In this document: in pieces, positions 11,967 through 23,557 of the stretch
Position numbering within the stretch: the stretch's first letter is position 1
How the letters are laid out: each line of letters opens with the position of its first letter
NCBI RefSeq assembly: GCF_001447785.1
Contig: NW_015167570.1
Location: forward strand, 66,091 to 130,090
Direction: 5' to 3'
Length of the DNA stretch: 64,000 nt
From: Gekko japonicus
Lineage: Eukaryota
The notes under the pieces: model-generated
The model's input: only the letters and a program-made list of their open reading frames with translations
Databases searched by the model: none
Told to the model about the DNA's origin: nothing
Program-made: the position numbers and the translations under genes

Positions 11967-12585
11967 TGGAGACTGCATGTTTAAACCACCCCTTAGGAAA
12001 ATATTTCATCTTTTCTCCAAGGAACACAGAGCAGCATTCACAGTCCTTCTCTCTTCCGTTTCACGTCCAGAGCAACCCTGTGAGGTAGCATATGTGCACA
12101 CAAGCTGAGAGCCAGTATGGTGGAGCACTTGTGCATCAGACTAGGATGGGAGACCCAGGTCTGACTCCTCGCTCGGTCATGGAAACGCCCCGAGTGACCT
12201 TGGACTAGTCAACCTCTTTCAGCCTAACCTACCTCTCATGGTTGTTTTCAGGACAGAGAAAGGAAGAATATAGTAAGCCATTCTGGGTCCCCACTGGGGA
12301 GAAAAGTGAGGTATAAAATAAAGTACGCAAATATTTAATTCATTGCATAGTGTTTAACCCACCCCTTTCTCCAATGAGCTTGGGGAGAGAAAATACAGTT
12401 CTCCCTTCCTCCACCTTATCTCCACAACACCAACCCTGTGAGGTAGGTGAGGCAGAAAGAGAACAATTATACCAAAGTCACCCAGTGAGTTGGTTGGGAA
12501 TTTGAACTCAGGTCTCCGTCCCTCAGCTCTAACCACGATCCAGCCCACGGTGGTTCTCCCATCCCTCCCCATCCCTCCCTCTCAC

Positions 12586-12690
12586 TTTCCCGATGTTGCG
12601 GCCGCTGTAAGAGTCCAAATGGTTCACAAAGATCCTCTGGCACCGGATGATCTCTTCAGCCTCAACGATCGCCTCTTCTTCCTCCGACAT
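12586..12690 (-). CDS. AK7: AK7 coding exon 1
   Basis: ATG in GCAGCCATGT context; 105 nt encoding MSEEEEAIVEAEEIIRCQRIFVNHLDSYSGRNIGK; GTGAG donor; lies in a small CpG island. Confidence 0.95.
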
Positions 12691-12717
12691 GGCTGCAGTT
12701 TACAGGGAAGCCGAGCC

Positions 12718-12730
12718 GTTACTAAGCAAC
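12718..12730. promoter_or_regulatory. RFX X-box near the AK7 start
   Basis: GTTACTAAGCAAC fits the palindromic X-box consensus, ~28 nt upstream of the ATG; GC box GGGGCGGGG at ~12812. Confidence 0.7.
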
Positions 12731-12949
12731 CAAAGCACGCTCCGGAGCCCGGGGAGGGAGGGAAGGAAGGACGGGCTGCCAAAGAAATGAAAGGCAGGCG
12801 AGCCAAGCCTCGGGGCGGGGCGCGTATGCGGAGCCAGCGCGGCTAACGCTCAGCCCAGGGAATGGAGGAACGTACGCGCTAGGCTTCGGGGGCGTGGCTT
12901 TCGTAGGCGTAGGCGGGGTCAATGCAAATAACTATTAGGAGGAGAAGAC

Positions 12950-13260
12950 CAGATTTAGAGTCCAGTGAGACCTTTAAGACCAACAAAGATTTATTCCAGG
13001 TATGAGCGTTCGTGTGCAAGGCACACTTTTCCAAATACACTGGAATGGTGTGTAAGGTTCAAACGTATAGACAGGGAAATGAACATGTAACATGAATGTT
13101 TAAGATATGCAAAGTCCAAAATAACAAGCTAAAGGTTGTAAGGTCAACGGCTATAAAAGCAATAAATATGTCCGATTAGCAGATAAATATCCAAAGGTGT
13201 CTTCAGACCAACAAGTTTAATATAAGCTTTCATGTGCATGTGCGATTCTTCAGATTCAGG
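12950..13260 (-). mobile_element. Penelope-like element terminal-repeat fragments (two partial copies)
   Basis: GAGTCCAGTG..CCTTTAAGACCAACAAAG..TTCGTGTGC..CACACTT; same family as 59993-60375. Confidence 0.55.
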
Positions 13261-13597
13261 TTCTGGGTCGGGAAGGGAAAGGGAAGGATGCCCAATCAGT
13301 CTCATTAGCCAGAAGTAGATCTCGCAGAGAGAAAGGAAGAAGCTGCCACCGTGAAGTGAGGACACCAACTCATCAGCAGGCCGGTGAATAACGTTTGGAA
13401 ACGCCGGCCGCATAGATGAGGCAAGGAAAGCGGCAGGAGTTGCCAAACTGTGGGGCTGATGGGAAAAGCAAATATTCTGGGCCCCCCCATCTCGTCCTCC
13501 AAGAGTAGGCCAGAGGCTCAAAGTCGCAGCACTCTTCCATCACCTGCTCCTCTGCAAAGCCGTAGATAGCTCCTGCTTCCCCAGGCTCTTTTCCACC

Positions 13598-14230
13598 TAG
13601 GGGTGCCAGGTCCCCCCCCCCGGCCACCAGCAAGGGATGGGGGGTAGGGTCCCTGGGAAACTCCTGGAGATTTGGGGATGGAGCCTGGGGAAGACAGGGA
13701 CCTCAGTGGGGTATAATGCCATAGAGTCCACCCTCTAAAGCAGTGGTGTCAAACATGCGGGGGGAGGGGGCAGTTGGCACAGTGAGGTGTGTGTGGTCGA
13801 AGCTGTCAAGAAATGAAAGGAAATGGCTAGGGAGTGGGGGTGGTATCCCTTGGGAAAAACCTAGTCTTGCAGAGGATTAACTACATGTACTGACTGGGGC
13901 TTTTGTGGATTCCCCAGTAAATCAATTGCTTTCACTCCTAGGAATCAATTGCTTCTGTTTGTATTTTGAGTAAAAAAATAATATCATTAAGTGGGTTTGC
14001 CTGTGCCATTTATAAAGTTTATATCTCCGGTACCTGGCACTTCATTTTATGGCAGACCTGGCCTAGCCCAACAAAGTAACTTTTATGTCAGATCTGGCCT
14101 TCATAACAAACGAGTTTGACACCTCTACTCTCAAGCATCTGTTTTCTCCAGGGGAACTGATCTCTGCAGTCTGGAGATGAGCTGTAATTCTGGGGGATCC
14201 CCAGGCCTCACCTGGAGACTGGCATCCCTA
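13598..14230. mobile_element. MITE with TAGGGRTGCCA termini, carrying a nested hAT element
   Basis: TAGGGGTGCCA at 13598 and TGGCATCCCTA ending at 14230. Confidence 0.6.
13741..14127. mobile_element. Non-autonomous hAT DNA transposon
   Basis: TIRs CAGTGGTGTCAAAC / GTTTGACACCTCTA; 8-bp TSD CTCTAAAG/CTCTCAAG. Confidence 0.8.
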
Positions 14231-14297
14231 TTGCATCAAAGGCCCAGTGCCTTGGCACTCTTGGCCAGGTGCATCCACAGCGGGAACCCCTGGTGTT

Positions 14298-15667
14298 GTT
14301 GTTTTTTTTTAAAGTACCCATAGGTACACTTTTATTAATTTTTTTTATCTACAACAAACAAATCTACACACTACAAACAGACACTCTACTACACATAACA
14401 TATATACCAAGAGTGCAGTTACATTATATGCTTATATGCAATTACTTAATTAATAAAAACTCTATATCAAATACTTTCCATTCTTCTATCTTGTGTTCTC
14501 AAGTCCATTGCGCTGTCCTTGCCTAGTCTTCTATTACATTTGCATTATAGCAATCATAAAACTTTTTCCATGTTTTTTGAAATGTCCACTCTTTACTTAA
14601 TCTAATTTCTAGAGTCAGTTTATCATTTTCTGCTGTTTCAAAAAGTTTATTCACAAACTCCTGTTTCGTTGGTATCACCATGGTTTTCCAATATTTGGCA
14701 TATAAGATTCTTGCAGCTGTCGTCATATAATCCTTTGGAAATATATTCAACAGCAAGACCTCTGGAGTAAATGGAATCTTTGCTCTTAGTATCTTCTCCA
14801 TCAAACTATGGACCCATTTCCAAAACTTTTTAGTAACATCACATAGCCACCACATATGGTAAAATGTACCCCTTTTACTCTTACATTTCCAACATTTATC
14901 AGAACAGTTAACCTTTTGCTTAGCCAGTCTATCAGGCCTAACATACCATCTATAAAACATCTTGTACATATTTTCTTTATATGTTATAGCATTAGTCATT
15001 TTAATATTTTTCTCCCAAATCTGGCCCCAGTCTTCAAGATTTATAGTATGCCCTAAATTCTGAGCCCATGCAATCATATTATTCTTCACAATTTCCTCTA
15101 CCATTGTATCATCCAACAAAATTTTATATATTTTCTTTATCATTTTACTATCTGCTGTTAACATAACATTTTCCAGTTCAGTTATCTTACCATTAAATCC
15201 CACTTTTTTGTCCTTCAAATATATTGATTCCAGCTGTACTTTTTGCCACCAGGACAGATGTTCTGGTAGCTTAAGATTGTCCTTACTGTCCAAAATGTCC
15301 TGATACCTCAACTTTTCTTCTCCTGTATAAACATTCGGCAGCGTAAAGGCCTCTAATGGTGTTATTAGTCTCGATCTTTTAGTATAATTTTTTTTATGAA
15401 TTCCGTCCCAAACTTTAAGTAAAGAGGCTCTCAACCAATGTTGTTTAAAATACTTTTGGGAATTTGCTTTCTCATACCATAAAAATGCATTCCATCCAAG
15501 TAATAAATCATGTCCTTCAATTTGTAACAATCTTGTATCTTCAAGAGTAACCCACTCTCTAATCCAAACTAGTGCCGCAGCTCTGTAATATAGAAGCCAG
15601 TTTGGGACTCCAAATCCGCCTCGCCCTTTCACATCCTGCAACATTTTTAACCTTATTCTCGCCTTCT
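14298..15667 (-). mobile_element. 5'-truncated L1-clade LINE with an open 373-aa ORF2 C-terminus
   Basis: ORF 14523-15644 contains GGFGVPNWLLYY and the CCHC motif CWKC..GTFYHMWWLC; A-rich tail; 14-bp TSD GAACCCCTGGTGTT at 14284-14297 and 15668-15681. Confidence 0.92.
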
Positions 15668-16460
15668 GAACCCCTGGTGTTTTGATTAACTTACCCCCCC
15701 TTCCTTTTCACTCTGTCTCCTCAGTTTGCAACTTAGGCCCTTCCCTCTTTCTCCCTCTTTCCTCCCCACACCATCCTACAAAAGCTGGTCAAGAAGCCAG
15801 CTAGGGCTGCCCAGAAGAGCATGGAGAGGCCAACCCTGTCTGGTTCTAGGGGATGGGGGTCTGCGCTTTGGCAGCCAATGAGCCTTCCAGCTACTGAAGG
15901 CCTACTGCAGATGGAAGCAATGACGAGGAGGGTTGCCCCTGCCTCGGCTCCTCTTGTTTGGGCTCGCTTGCAGGCCAAGGACAAGAGGGAGCCCCTGGAA
16001 AGCAAGAACAGCCGCACAGAGCCAGGAGAGAGATGAGTGTCGTGCGGGGCTGGCTACTGCCGCCTCTTCAGGCGTTGGGCACTGGGATTTATTTTATTTT
16101 TGTTTATTTTATTGGGCTTGTATCCTGCCCTCCCTGCAAGCAGGCTTGGGGGGGTGTTTCAATCAGTGCTCATACAATATACTAATAACAATGAAAATCA
16201 TTTAAAAACAATACATTAAAATAATACAATAATTATAAAATTATAAAATACTGGGCGGATCTAATCAATAACTCAGTAGCAAAGATGGAGATTGTAGGGT
16301 AGATCCCAGGTGGCTGTTCAAAATCCAGGACACTGATGGGAGGCTAATGAAAGGAGGACAGGCTGGCTGCCTCAACTAAAAGTCCTCTCTTGTGACTGCC
16401 TTGTGGAATGGTCAGCCTGAGGTGGTCAGAAGGGCTCTCCCGTGCTCCTATCATTCCACA

Positions 16461-16944
16461 TCTCTCCTTATTATAAAAGGGATTTGGGGTGGTGAGAGGA
16501 AATGCGCTCCCTCAGCCATTGGCCCATCGGCTGCCACTCGGGGCAACTGGCGTGCCATTGGCTGGGGCGGTGGGGGGGAGGGACGAGGCTAGCTGCTACG
16601 TGCACCGCTCATTCGGCCGGCCGGTGGGGAGAGGGGAGAGGCCCGCTATCTTGGCATGCCGGGCCCTCAAGTGGGTGGGAGGGCGGGGAAGGAGCCAGCC
16701 TGCCTGGCTTGGCCCGCCGCCAGCGGCATGCAGTGCTGTGAACGGGTGAGGCCTGCCATCTTTGCCAGCCGCTGCCTGTGGAGGGACGAGGCCGGCTGGC
16801 TTGCCCCACCGCCTCCAGCGTGCGGTAGGGGGGAGCCGCAAGCCTGGCCACCATGCTCTCCTTTGCCAGTGCGTGTGGGGGTCCCTCCGGCGGCCTCTCT
16901 CTAGGTCCCATTGCCTCTCTTCCCGCAATGGACCTTCCGCCTAG
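16461..16944 (+). mobile_element. Non-autonomous Helitron (rolling-circle transposon)
   Basis: 5' TC(TCTCCTTATTATAAAAG), subterminal hairpin 16903-16935, 3' CTAG, inserted between A and T with no TSD. Confidence 0.75.
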
Positions 16945-17699
16945 TACTACATAAAACGGGAGTTGTTCATGAGAGTTTTGGAGTAAAAGTAATGGGGCTA
17001 TACTATAAAGTATAACAGAATCATTCAGAGTACTGTAACAGAATAATTCAGGATGGCCCTTTATGAAGGAAATTGGGCTGTGTATTATATCACTGCGTAT
17101 AAGATGTACTATCAGTTTGCTGTACCTATTACTGTGTTGCTTCATTGTTCTCTATTGATTTAATACCATTTTCCTCGTTGCATCCACACTCTGTATAATA
17201 CCTACCGTATTATGCTTTTTCGGATTTCAATAATCCGAGTGCATTGCTCATGAGATGTCTCCTCATATGGACTTGATTAGCATACACTGCATACATACAC
17301 TTATTAAATGTCTCTTTCTATGGACTATATAAATACAGTCAGTGAATACAATAAAAATACATCTTGTTGATGCAGTTAGCAAGTACAGTATAGGATGTAC
17401 AATGAGTCAGTACTTAAGTGTTTTTTCAGACTGTTCCCAGGGGGTCATTATCAACGTGAGGTCTGCTGATTCACAACATTGGTGTTAATTTCCAGTGCTT
17501 CTTCATAAATACATTCAGATGCTAAATGAGATTTTCTGAATTTAGGGGACCCATATTATCAGTATACAGATGACATGCATTTCTCCTTTTTATACAGTCA
17601 GGTCTCCAGAAGTAGCCATTTCTGTTCTGAGCTGGTGCCTGGATAGTAGAGTCAAGTGGCTGAGAAAAAAACCTAGAACTGTAGAGACAATAGTGGCTG

Positions 17700-18150
17700 G
17701 TGGATATTCTGGAAGAGACTTTGGTATGTACTTTGGATGGACCTTGACATAGTGGGCAGGGATGAGAGTCCAGGATGCATAATGATCTGGCGGTGGTGCC
17801 AGAGAAACAGGTTAGCATGGTAGCAAAAAAAAGCTTCTTTACAGTTATATTTGACATATAGATATTATATTTTCTTCTGGCCTCAGCTAATCTAGTTATG
17901 CCAGTTCACACTATTATATCTTCAAAACTTGACTACTACCATGCATTCTACATAGCTGCCCTCAAAGTGTAATTAGTGCAAACTGTTACAGCTCAACTTT
18001 TGACTGAGCTTAATTGATTCAATGTACAATTTAAATCTTAAACATCTTAATTGGCTTCCTCTGGTTTCAGAGTTCAATTTAAGGTGCTGATTCTTATACG
18101 TTAAGGCCTCCTCATCTTAGGACCTACATACTTGGAAATCCTCTCCTTGT
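17700..18150 (+). mobile_element. Old degraded L2 fragment
   Basis: Remnants resembling L2 RT motifs (SKLDYY.., L.WLPL.FRVQFKVL), with stops and frameshifts. Confidence 0.5.
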
Positions 18151-19462
18151 ATGAACCTGCACAACTGTGTTCTTCCCACAGTTCCTTTCAGAAGGGCAAG
18201 ATTTTTCTTGCCCAATTGTAGCCCTTTAGTGTAAAACCTATGTGAAAATCCTTTGTCTTCACAACTGTGCTTCCTGCTCCTTCCCTCAGGATACCAAGAT
18301 AAACTAATCATACATTCAAATGTTTAGTGATCCTTGCTGATGCTAATTTGGGACCCATCTCCCACCTTTTGTCTAAACTCGGGAACCTATTCAATCTGCT
18401 GTGGCAGGACTGTCACTGGTCATCAAACCCATTCAATCAGTTCCAGTACAGCCATCCAATACCTGGCTAATCATATAATCGCTACTGTGAATCCAGACTT
18501 TGCCCCTCTGAGACCTCATTGGTCACACTTAGGTTCTGCCCCTCCTGGTGCCACACCCCCTGGGACCCCTCATTGGTCCAGGTAATCTTTTGTCTTCACC
18601 TGGGGCAAGCCCCTCGAGGTCTCCCATTGGTCTGCATTGTTTTCCAGTGTCTATATCCATCAAGGCACATGGCCTCAGATTGTGTGTCTGCTCTGGATAC
18701 CAACTGGCAGTTCACCCCCAAACTATGTTTGGGCCATAATCTTATCTCCATGGTCCCCTGCACATCTGGACACGTTGTATAACCCCATAACTGACCCTTC
18801 TATTCACTATTATCACCTCTATTTTCTTAGTTCTGAATTGCTTGCTGGAGTCTTCCTACTGTACTGGACCTTAGTATAAACAGGTGTACAATCCCTGGTA
18901 CCCCTCCGGTCTCCCCTGCCACATAGATAATTTCCCCCAACAATGAGGCAGACCATTGGCGGTAGCAACCTTTCTTTGGAATGGCCTTCCAAAGGAAATC
19001 AGGAGCTCTTACAAAAAGCAGAGTTCCTTAAATGTTTTTTTTTTTTAATTAAGGCAACAGGTAAGATATATCGTAGACTGTTGGAGCATGTATGGTGTTG
19101 CTTGTTCTCCTACTATCGTAACATGGTATTTTGTTAATTTTCTATTTGATGCTATTTTTGTAAACTGCCTTGGACCCCCCATGAAGAGGAAAGTGTAGGG
19201 TATAAATGTCTTATAAAGCCTGACAAGCATGGTCAGTAGATATCATATTAAGGCATTTTTGACAGCTTTAAAATGCACAGGAAAATAGGATATTACAGTT
19301 AGGACATTTCAATATATTGTTTGTGACTGCAATAAATTTCTGCCCAATTTTGTTCACGTAGCAAAACTTGGCATCCAGTGCAGAAATCTTGGAACCTTCA
19401 TGTGTGGCAATTCAGAGTTCCTTTTACACAAAGAAAATGCAGACTTAAACAGTTTCTGTTTC

Positions 19463-19468
19463 TTTATT
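19463..19468 (-). terminator. Candidate GSKIP polyadenylation signal AATAAA
   Basis: TTTATT on plus; U/GU-rich sequence follows on minus; would imply a ~1.7-kb 3' UTR with no recognisable TE. Confidence 0.45.
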
Positions 19469-21141
19469 CAACTATACTTTCTACAAACATGGGTGCATTA
19501 TTCACCAAGGTAGTACTGACAGCAAACTGGGCAAAGTACATTTTCCTCATGGAGGTCTAACGCACATGCTACAAGTCAGAGTGCAAGTCAGCATCTGCCC
19601 AATTTAATTAGAACATAATGAACTTTTAACAAAAATACATTAGCTACAGGAATAAAGGGAAGTGTGAAACATTTCACCTTTTAAAGACGTAAGAAAACAT
19701 TCACTGGCTTCAAAATATAAGGTTCTACTGTAGGTCCTTATAATTACAGCGTAACTAATACAAAGTTATAATAAACATTTCAGCTAAGCTGAGAGGTTCT
19801 TCAGTCACTGGGCCAGATTCTCAGCTTGGCTAGGACGGCACCACTCAAGTGGAGTTAAAAAGTGCAACAAGTATCAAGGATTTAGAGCCGTTGTAAGCTC
19901 ATCATTTTGAGAAATAAGAAAAGCATGAGCATTATCTAAGTGTACCATTGCACACTTAATCTGCTGAGAATAGATAGTTTTGTTTTATAACTAGTCCCTC
20001 CTCCAAGCACAACACATTGAAAAGTTAAAGCCACACCACAAGTTAAAGAATTTTGTACTTAAGACATCTATTTTATCATAATTCAATACTAATTTTAGCC
20101 TTTGGTACTGAACCAGTACAATGCACTAATATAAACATTGTATGTTGGCAAGAAGAAGATACAGTACAGTTACTGTGGCTGGAGGAAAAGGAGTAATTAC
20201 TGAAATACTGTAGTATAACAAATAAGGAATCAAAAATACTTTTAGATATAGTGTGCACCATGTCAATAAAGCAATTTTAAATAGCATATTTTCATACTAC
20301 GTGAATACTTTACCAAAGCAAGGCAGGATGATCTGTATAAAGAATGCAGCCTTTTAATCCCTCATCTCTGTGCTTATCTAATTTGCATTTCAGTTGATGA
20401 ATACATTCATTATGCCAACAGTTCATCCTTTGTTTAGTATTTGAAGCTTGCTAAATGCTGCAGGACACACCAAATAATGCATCTAGCTGTTCAGTCACCA
20501 ACAAGTACTAGACAGAACATGTTTGTGGAATGATCATAAGTAAATATTAAATTACTCATTTAAATGTACAGTAATCTTTTTCTAGTGAATGACAATTTCT
20601 AGGCCCATAAGCGGCACAAGAAATCGAGCGGAAAAAACTTAGTTCTTCATTTTATGAAATTTAGCTACAGCAAATAACTAATTATTGGTTTTGATAAAGG
20701 AAAGCTAGAGTTTCTAAATGCTGTCACACATTATTGTGCAAATCTTAAACAGGCATAAAGTTGCTGGAAGAGCTGAATCCCACCCACTTACACTATTGTT
20801 CAAAGTAAGCTTGGGGTTAATGCCACTTTACAAAGAGACAAAAAACTATACAACACAGGCAGTCATTTTCCAGATAATCCAAAGAAAAATTAATCCAGGC
20901 CAGAAACCGTATATATAACCACCTTATGATAAGCAACTGGAAAATCTACTTAGAACAATAGGAATAATACAGTGTACAAATTGGTGCTATTGCAAGTCTT
21001 GAAGCAAGCAAGGAATTCTGAAAGCAACGAATATGAGTAATGGAAATTACTTTCTTTACCACCAGGTCACACTACAACTTATTTAGAACTCTGAGCAGCA
21101 GCATCTCTTTGCTAAAAACCCATGTCTGATTGCAGATTCAG

Positions 21142-21303
21142 TCATGACTGCCCATCCCTCTTCAAGGCTTCTAGTCTTTGAAGCAGAGCATTTCCAAAAG
21201 CTTCCCTATACGCTGGGCTAACAGAGTCCAACAAAGAGTAGACAGTCTCATGGTAGGAATTTTGGACATTATCATCCACCTGGTCAAATGCATAACCAAC
21301 CAC
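21142..21303 (-). CDS. GSKIP: GSK3B-interacting protein, last coding exon
   Basis: Encodes [53 protein letters not shown]; TTTGCAG acceptor. Confidence 0.96.
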   Translation of the reverse strand: MVGYAFDQVDDNVQNSYHETVYSLLDSVSPAYREAFGNALLQRLEALKRDGQS

Positions 21304-22503
21304 CTGCAAAAAAAAGGGGGGGGGGCATTTTCAGAACTGAAGAAGGAATCCAGAACACGATAACACATGCCAAGTACGGAAAATTATCTGCATACATGTC
21401 TAAAAAGAGAAGCAGTGCATAATCTAGACGTTCTACCCCCAGAAACCAGTCTGGCGCTAGAAGCCCCCCCCCCCCCCCCCGATGTCCAAGTTACAGTAGC
21501 TGCATAAAAATGACTCATGGAGCATTCTGGTGATAATTGCCACGCTAAGCATGCACAAAGGATATTGACAGCAAACACGGGGCAACATAGTCAGCAATTC
21601 CAGTTAACCATTATCCCCTTGTTAAAAAAGACCAATTTTTATACTGTGCTTCAGGGTACCAGGATGTGTGTTATCTTAGAAGGTATTTAACGTACCAGTC
21701 ATAAAGTTGTGGAACACCAAGGATGCAAGCCACCTTGATTTCCTTAAATCATGGATGCCAGTCTTTCAGTAATTGTGTAGATATGGTAGTTTTGGCAGAT
21801 GCAGCTACTTGAACCCCCTTGCTGCACTGCATCATACCAAATTAGTTTTAACAGCTGCCTAACAGTTAGAATTACAGGGGCCTTGACACTGAAAGGCTCT
21901 TCCTTTGAAGGACTGTATCAAAGACTGAACTGTACAAAACAGTAATCATTCAAAATGGAGGAAGGCATAATAATGAAGAATGGTTGCTGAAATATACCTT
22001 GCACCAGCAAAAATGCAATACAGAATATAGTAAAGGTGACTTTGCACAAAGACTATTTGTGATGACATTCCGATGCTTCCACTTGTGCAAGCAGAAGTGT
22101 CGAAGAAGTATTTAGGGTTTTTGTTTTTAACCACCTTCTTGAGAAACAGAAATTTAATATTAGGGGTTTCTTCATTATTGCATATCAATGGTGGGAAAGT
22201 TTCATAAGTTCCACTCCTTCCTGTCAAAGAGCTGTTAGAAGTCCAGACTTCCAACCAGGAAGAGAAAGAAATAAGAATATGTGGATCAAAGCAGACCGAT
22301 CCATCTGCTATAATAAATTCAAGCATCTCTTCTATTAAAGAGCAACACTTTTAAGTGTCTCATACACATAAGAAAATGTTCTCAAAATCTTGAACGGTAT
22401 TAGTTCTATAACAATTTGCATTATTAAACATTCTGCGGCTAACNNNNNNNNNNNNNNNNNNNNNNNNNNNNNNNNNNNNNNNNNNNNNNNNNNNNNNNNN
22501 NNN

Positions 22504-22736
22504 AGGCAGTATCTGTTCCTTTCCCGGGTTTCCACATTGATGTATGCCACATCCTCGGCACATTGAAGGTTTTTGGAGACAAACATGTTGCTTACAGCAA
22601 ACAACACATCATTCACCACAGCTTCTGCTTCTAGTCTCATGTCTTTCACATCTGTTCCTTCAAAATCCTTGAACTCAGAATCATCTTCCACCCCTGTGTT
22701 ATTGGAGAGTTCCATAAGATTGTCCTCGGTCTCCAT
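22504..22736 (-). CDS. GSKIP: GSKIP first coding exon (last ~8 codons and donor lie in the N gap 22444-22503)
   Basis: Encodes [77 protein letters not shown]; acceptor CAG 1 nt before the ATG. Confidence 0.96.
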
Positions 22737-23351
22737 TCTGTACAAAGCATAGTATAATTTCAAAAGAAAAGATATACAAGTTAATAACCTGCTATATCGA
22801 TAGACATAAATATATGTCCAAAACATACAAATATTGTTCACAGTCACAGGTAATAATGTGCCAACTCCCCAACTGCTAAAAATGTTCCGTTTTGGATGAA
22901 CTGAGTTGGCAAGGCAATGCACAAGGTAATTCATTGAACAATTTGAATTAAGAAGTCTGATACAGAGATGAAAGATGTGAAGATAATGGGATTCTGGAGG
23001 CCAAAAATATATCCAAAACAATTGTAGTCTGATCCTTTTAGAACATGATCCACTTGACACAAATATTTATGAACTCCCAGGTTTGGAAGGGCAATGCTAA
23101 TGCTGCATTCAATTGATTTGTATGTCTATATCTCTATTCATCCCTTAGCTTTTTTGCAATAATTTTTTCAAAGTAGCATATGACAAAATATATCACAACT
23201 GAAATTGCATTAAACTTAAATAATGCAGTTCTCAGAAATTAATACAATGAAAGGCAGCAGCAACATGTTCAAATCAGCAAACTCCAAAACCACAGAATAC
23301 TTGATGGAAGACAGCAGTTTCATTTAACATTAAAAAAAAATCAACTGAGAG

Positions 23352-23557
23352 CAGTGTTCCCTCTCAGCTGAGTTAGTGTGAGCTAGCTCACAGTTTTTTA
23401 GCCTCCGGCCCACACATTTTTGTCTTGGCTCAGGAAGGATGGCTCCAGAGCAAACTAATTTATGCAGTAGCCAAACTGCTCACTCACAACTTTAATGCCA
23501 GTAGCTTGGAAAGTAGAATTTTTGCTCACAAGACTCCACAGCTTAGAGGGAGCATTG
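23352..23557 (+). mobile_element. hAT-type MITE (~205 bp), family copy 1
   Basis: TIRs CAGTGTTCCCTCT / AGAGGGAGCATTG; TSD ACTGAGAG/ATTGAGAG. Confidence 0.85.

Noticed and set aside
16392-17145. Cluster of overlapping GC-rich ORFs suggesting an unannotated gene
   Set aside because: They coincide with the Helitron-like insert and show no splice structure or domain similarity.
22335-23060. 241-aa ORF suggesting an N-terminally extended or truncated GSKIP
   Set aside because: The extension is intron upstream of the acceptor at 22738, and the apparent loss of the exon end is due to the gap at 22444-22503.
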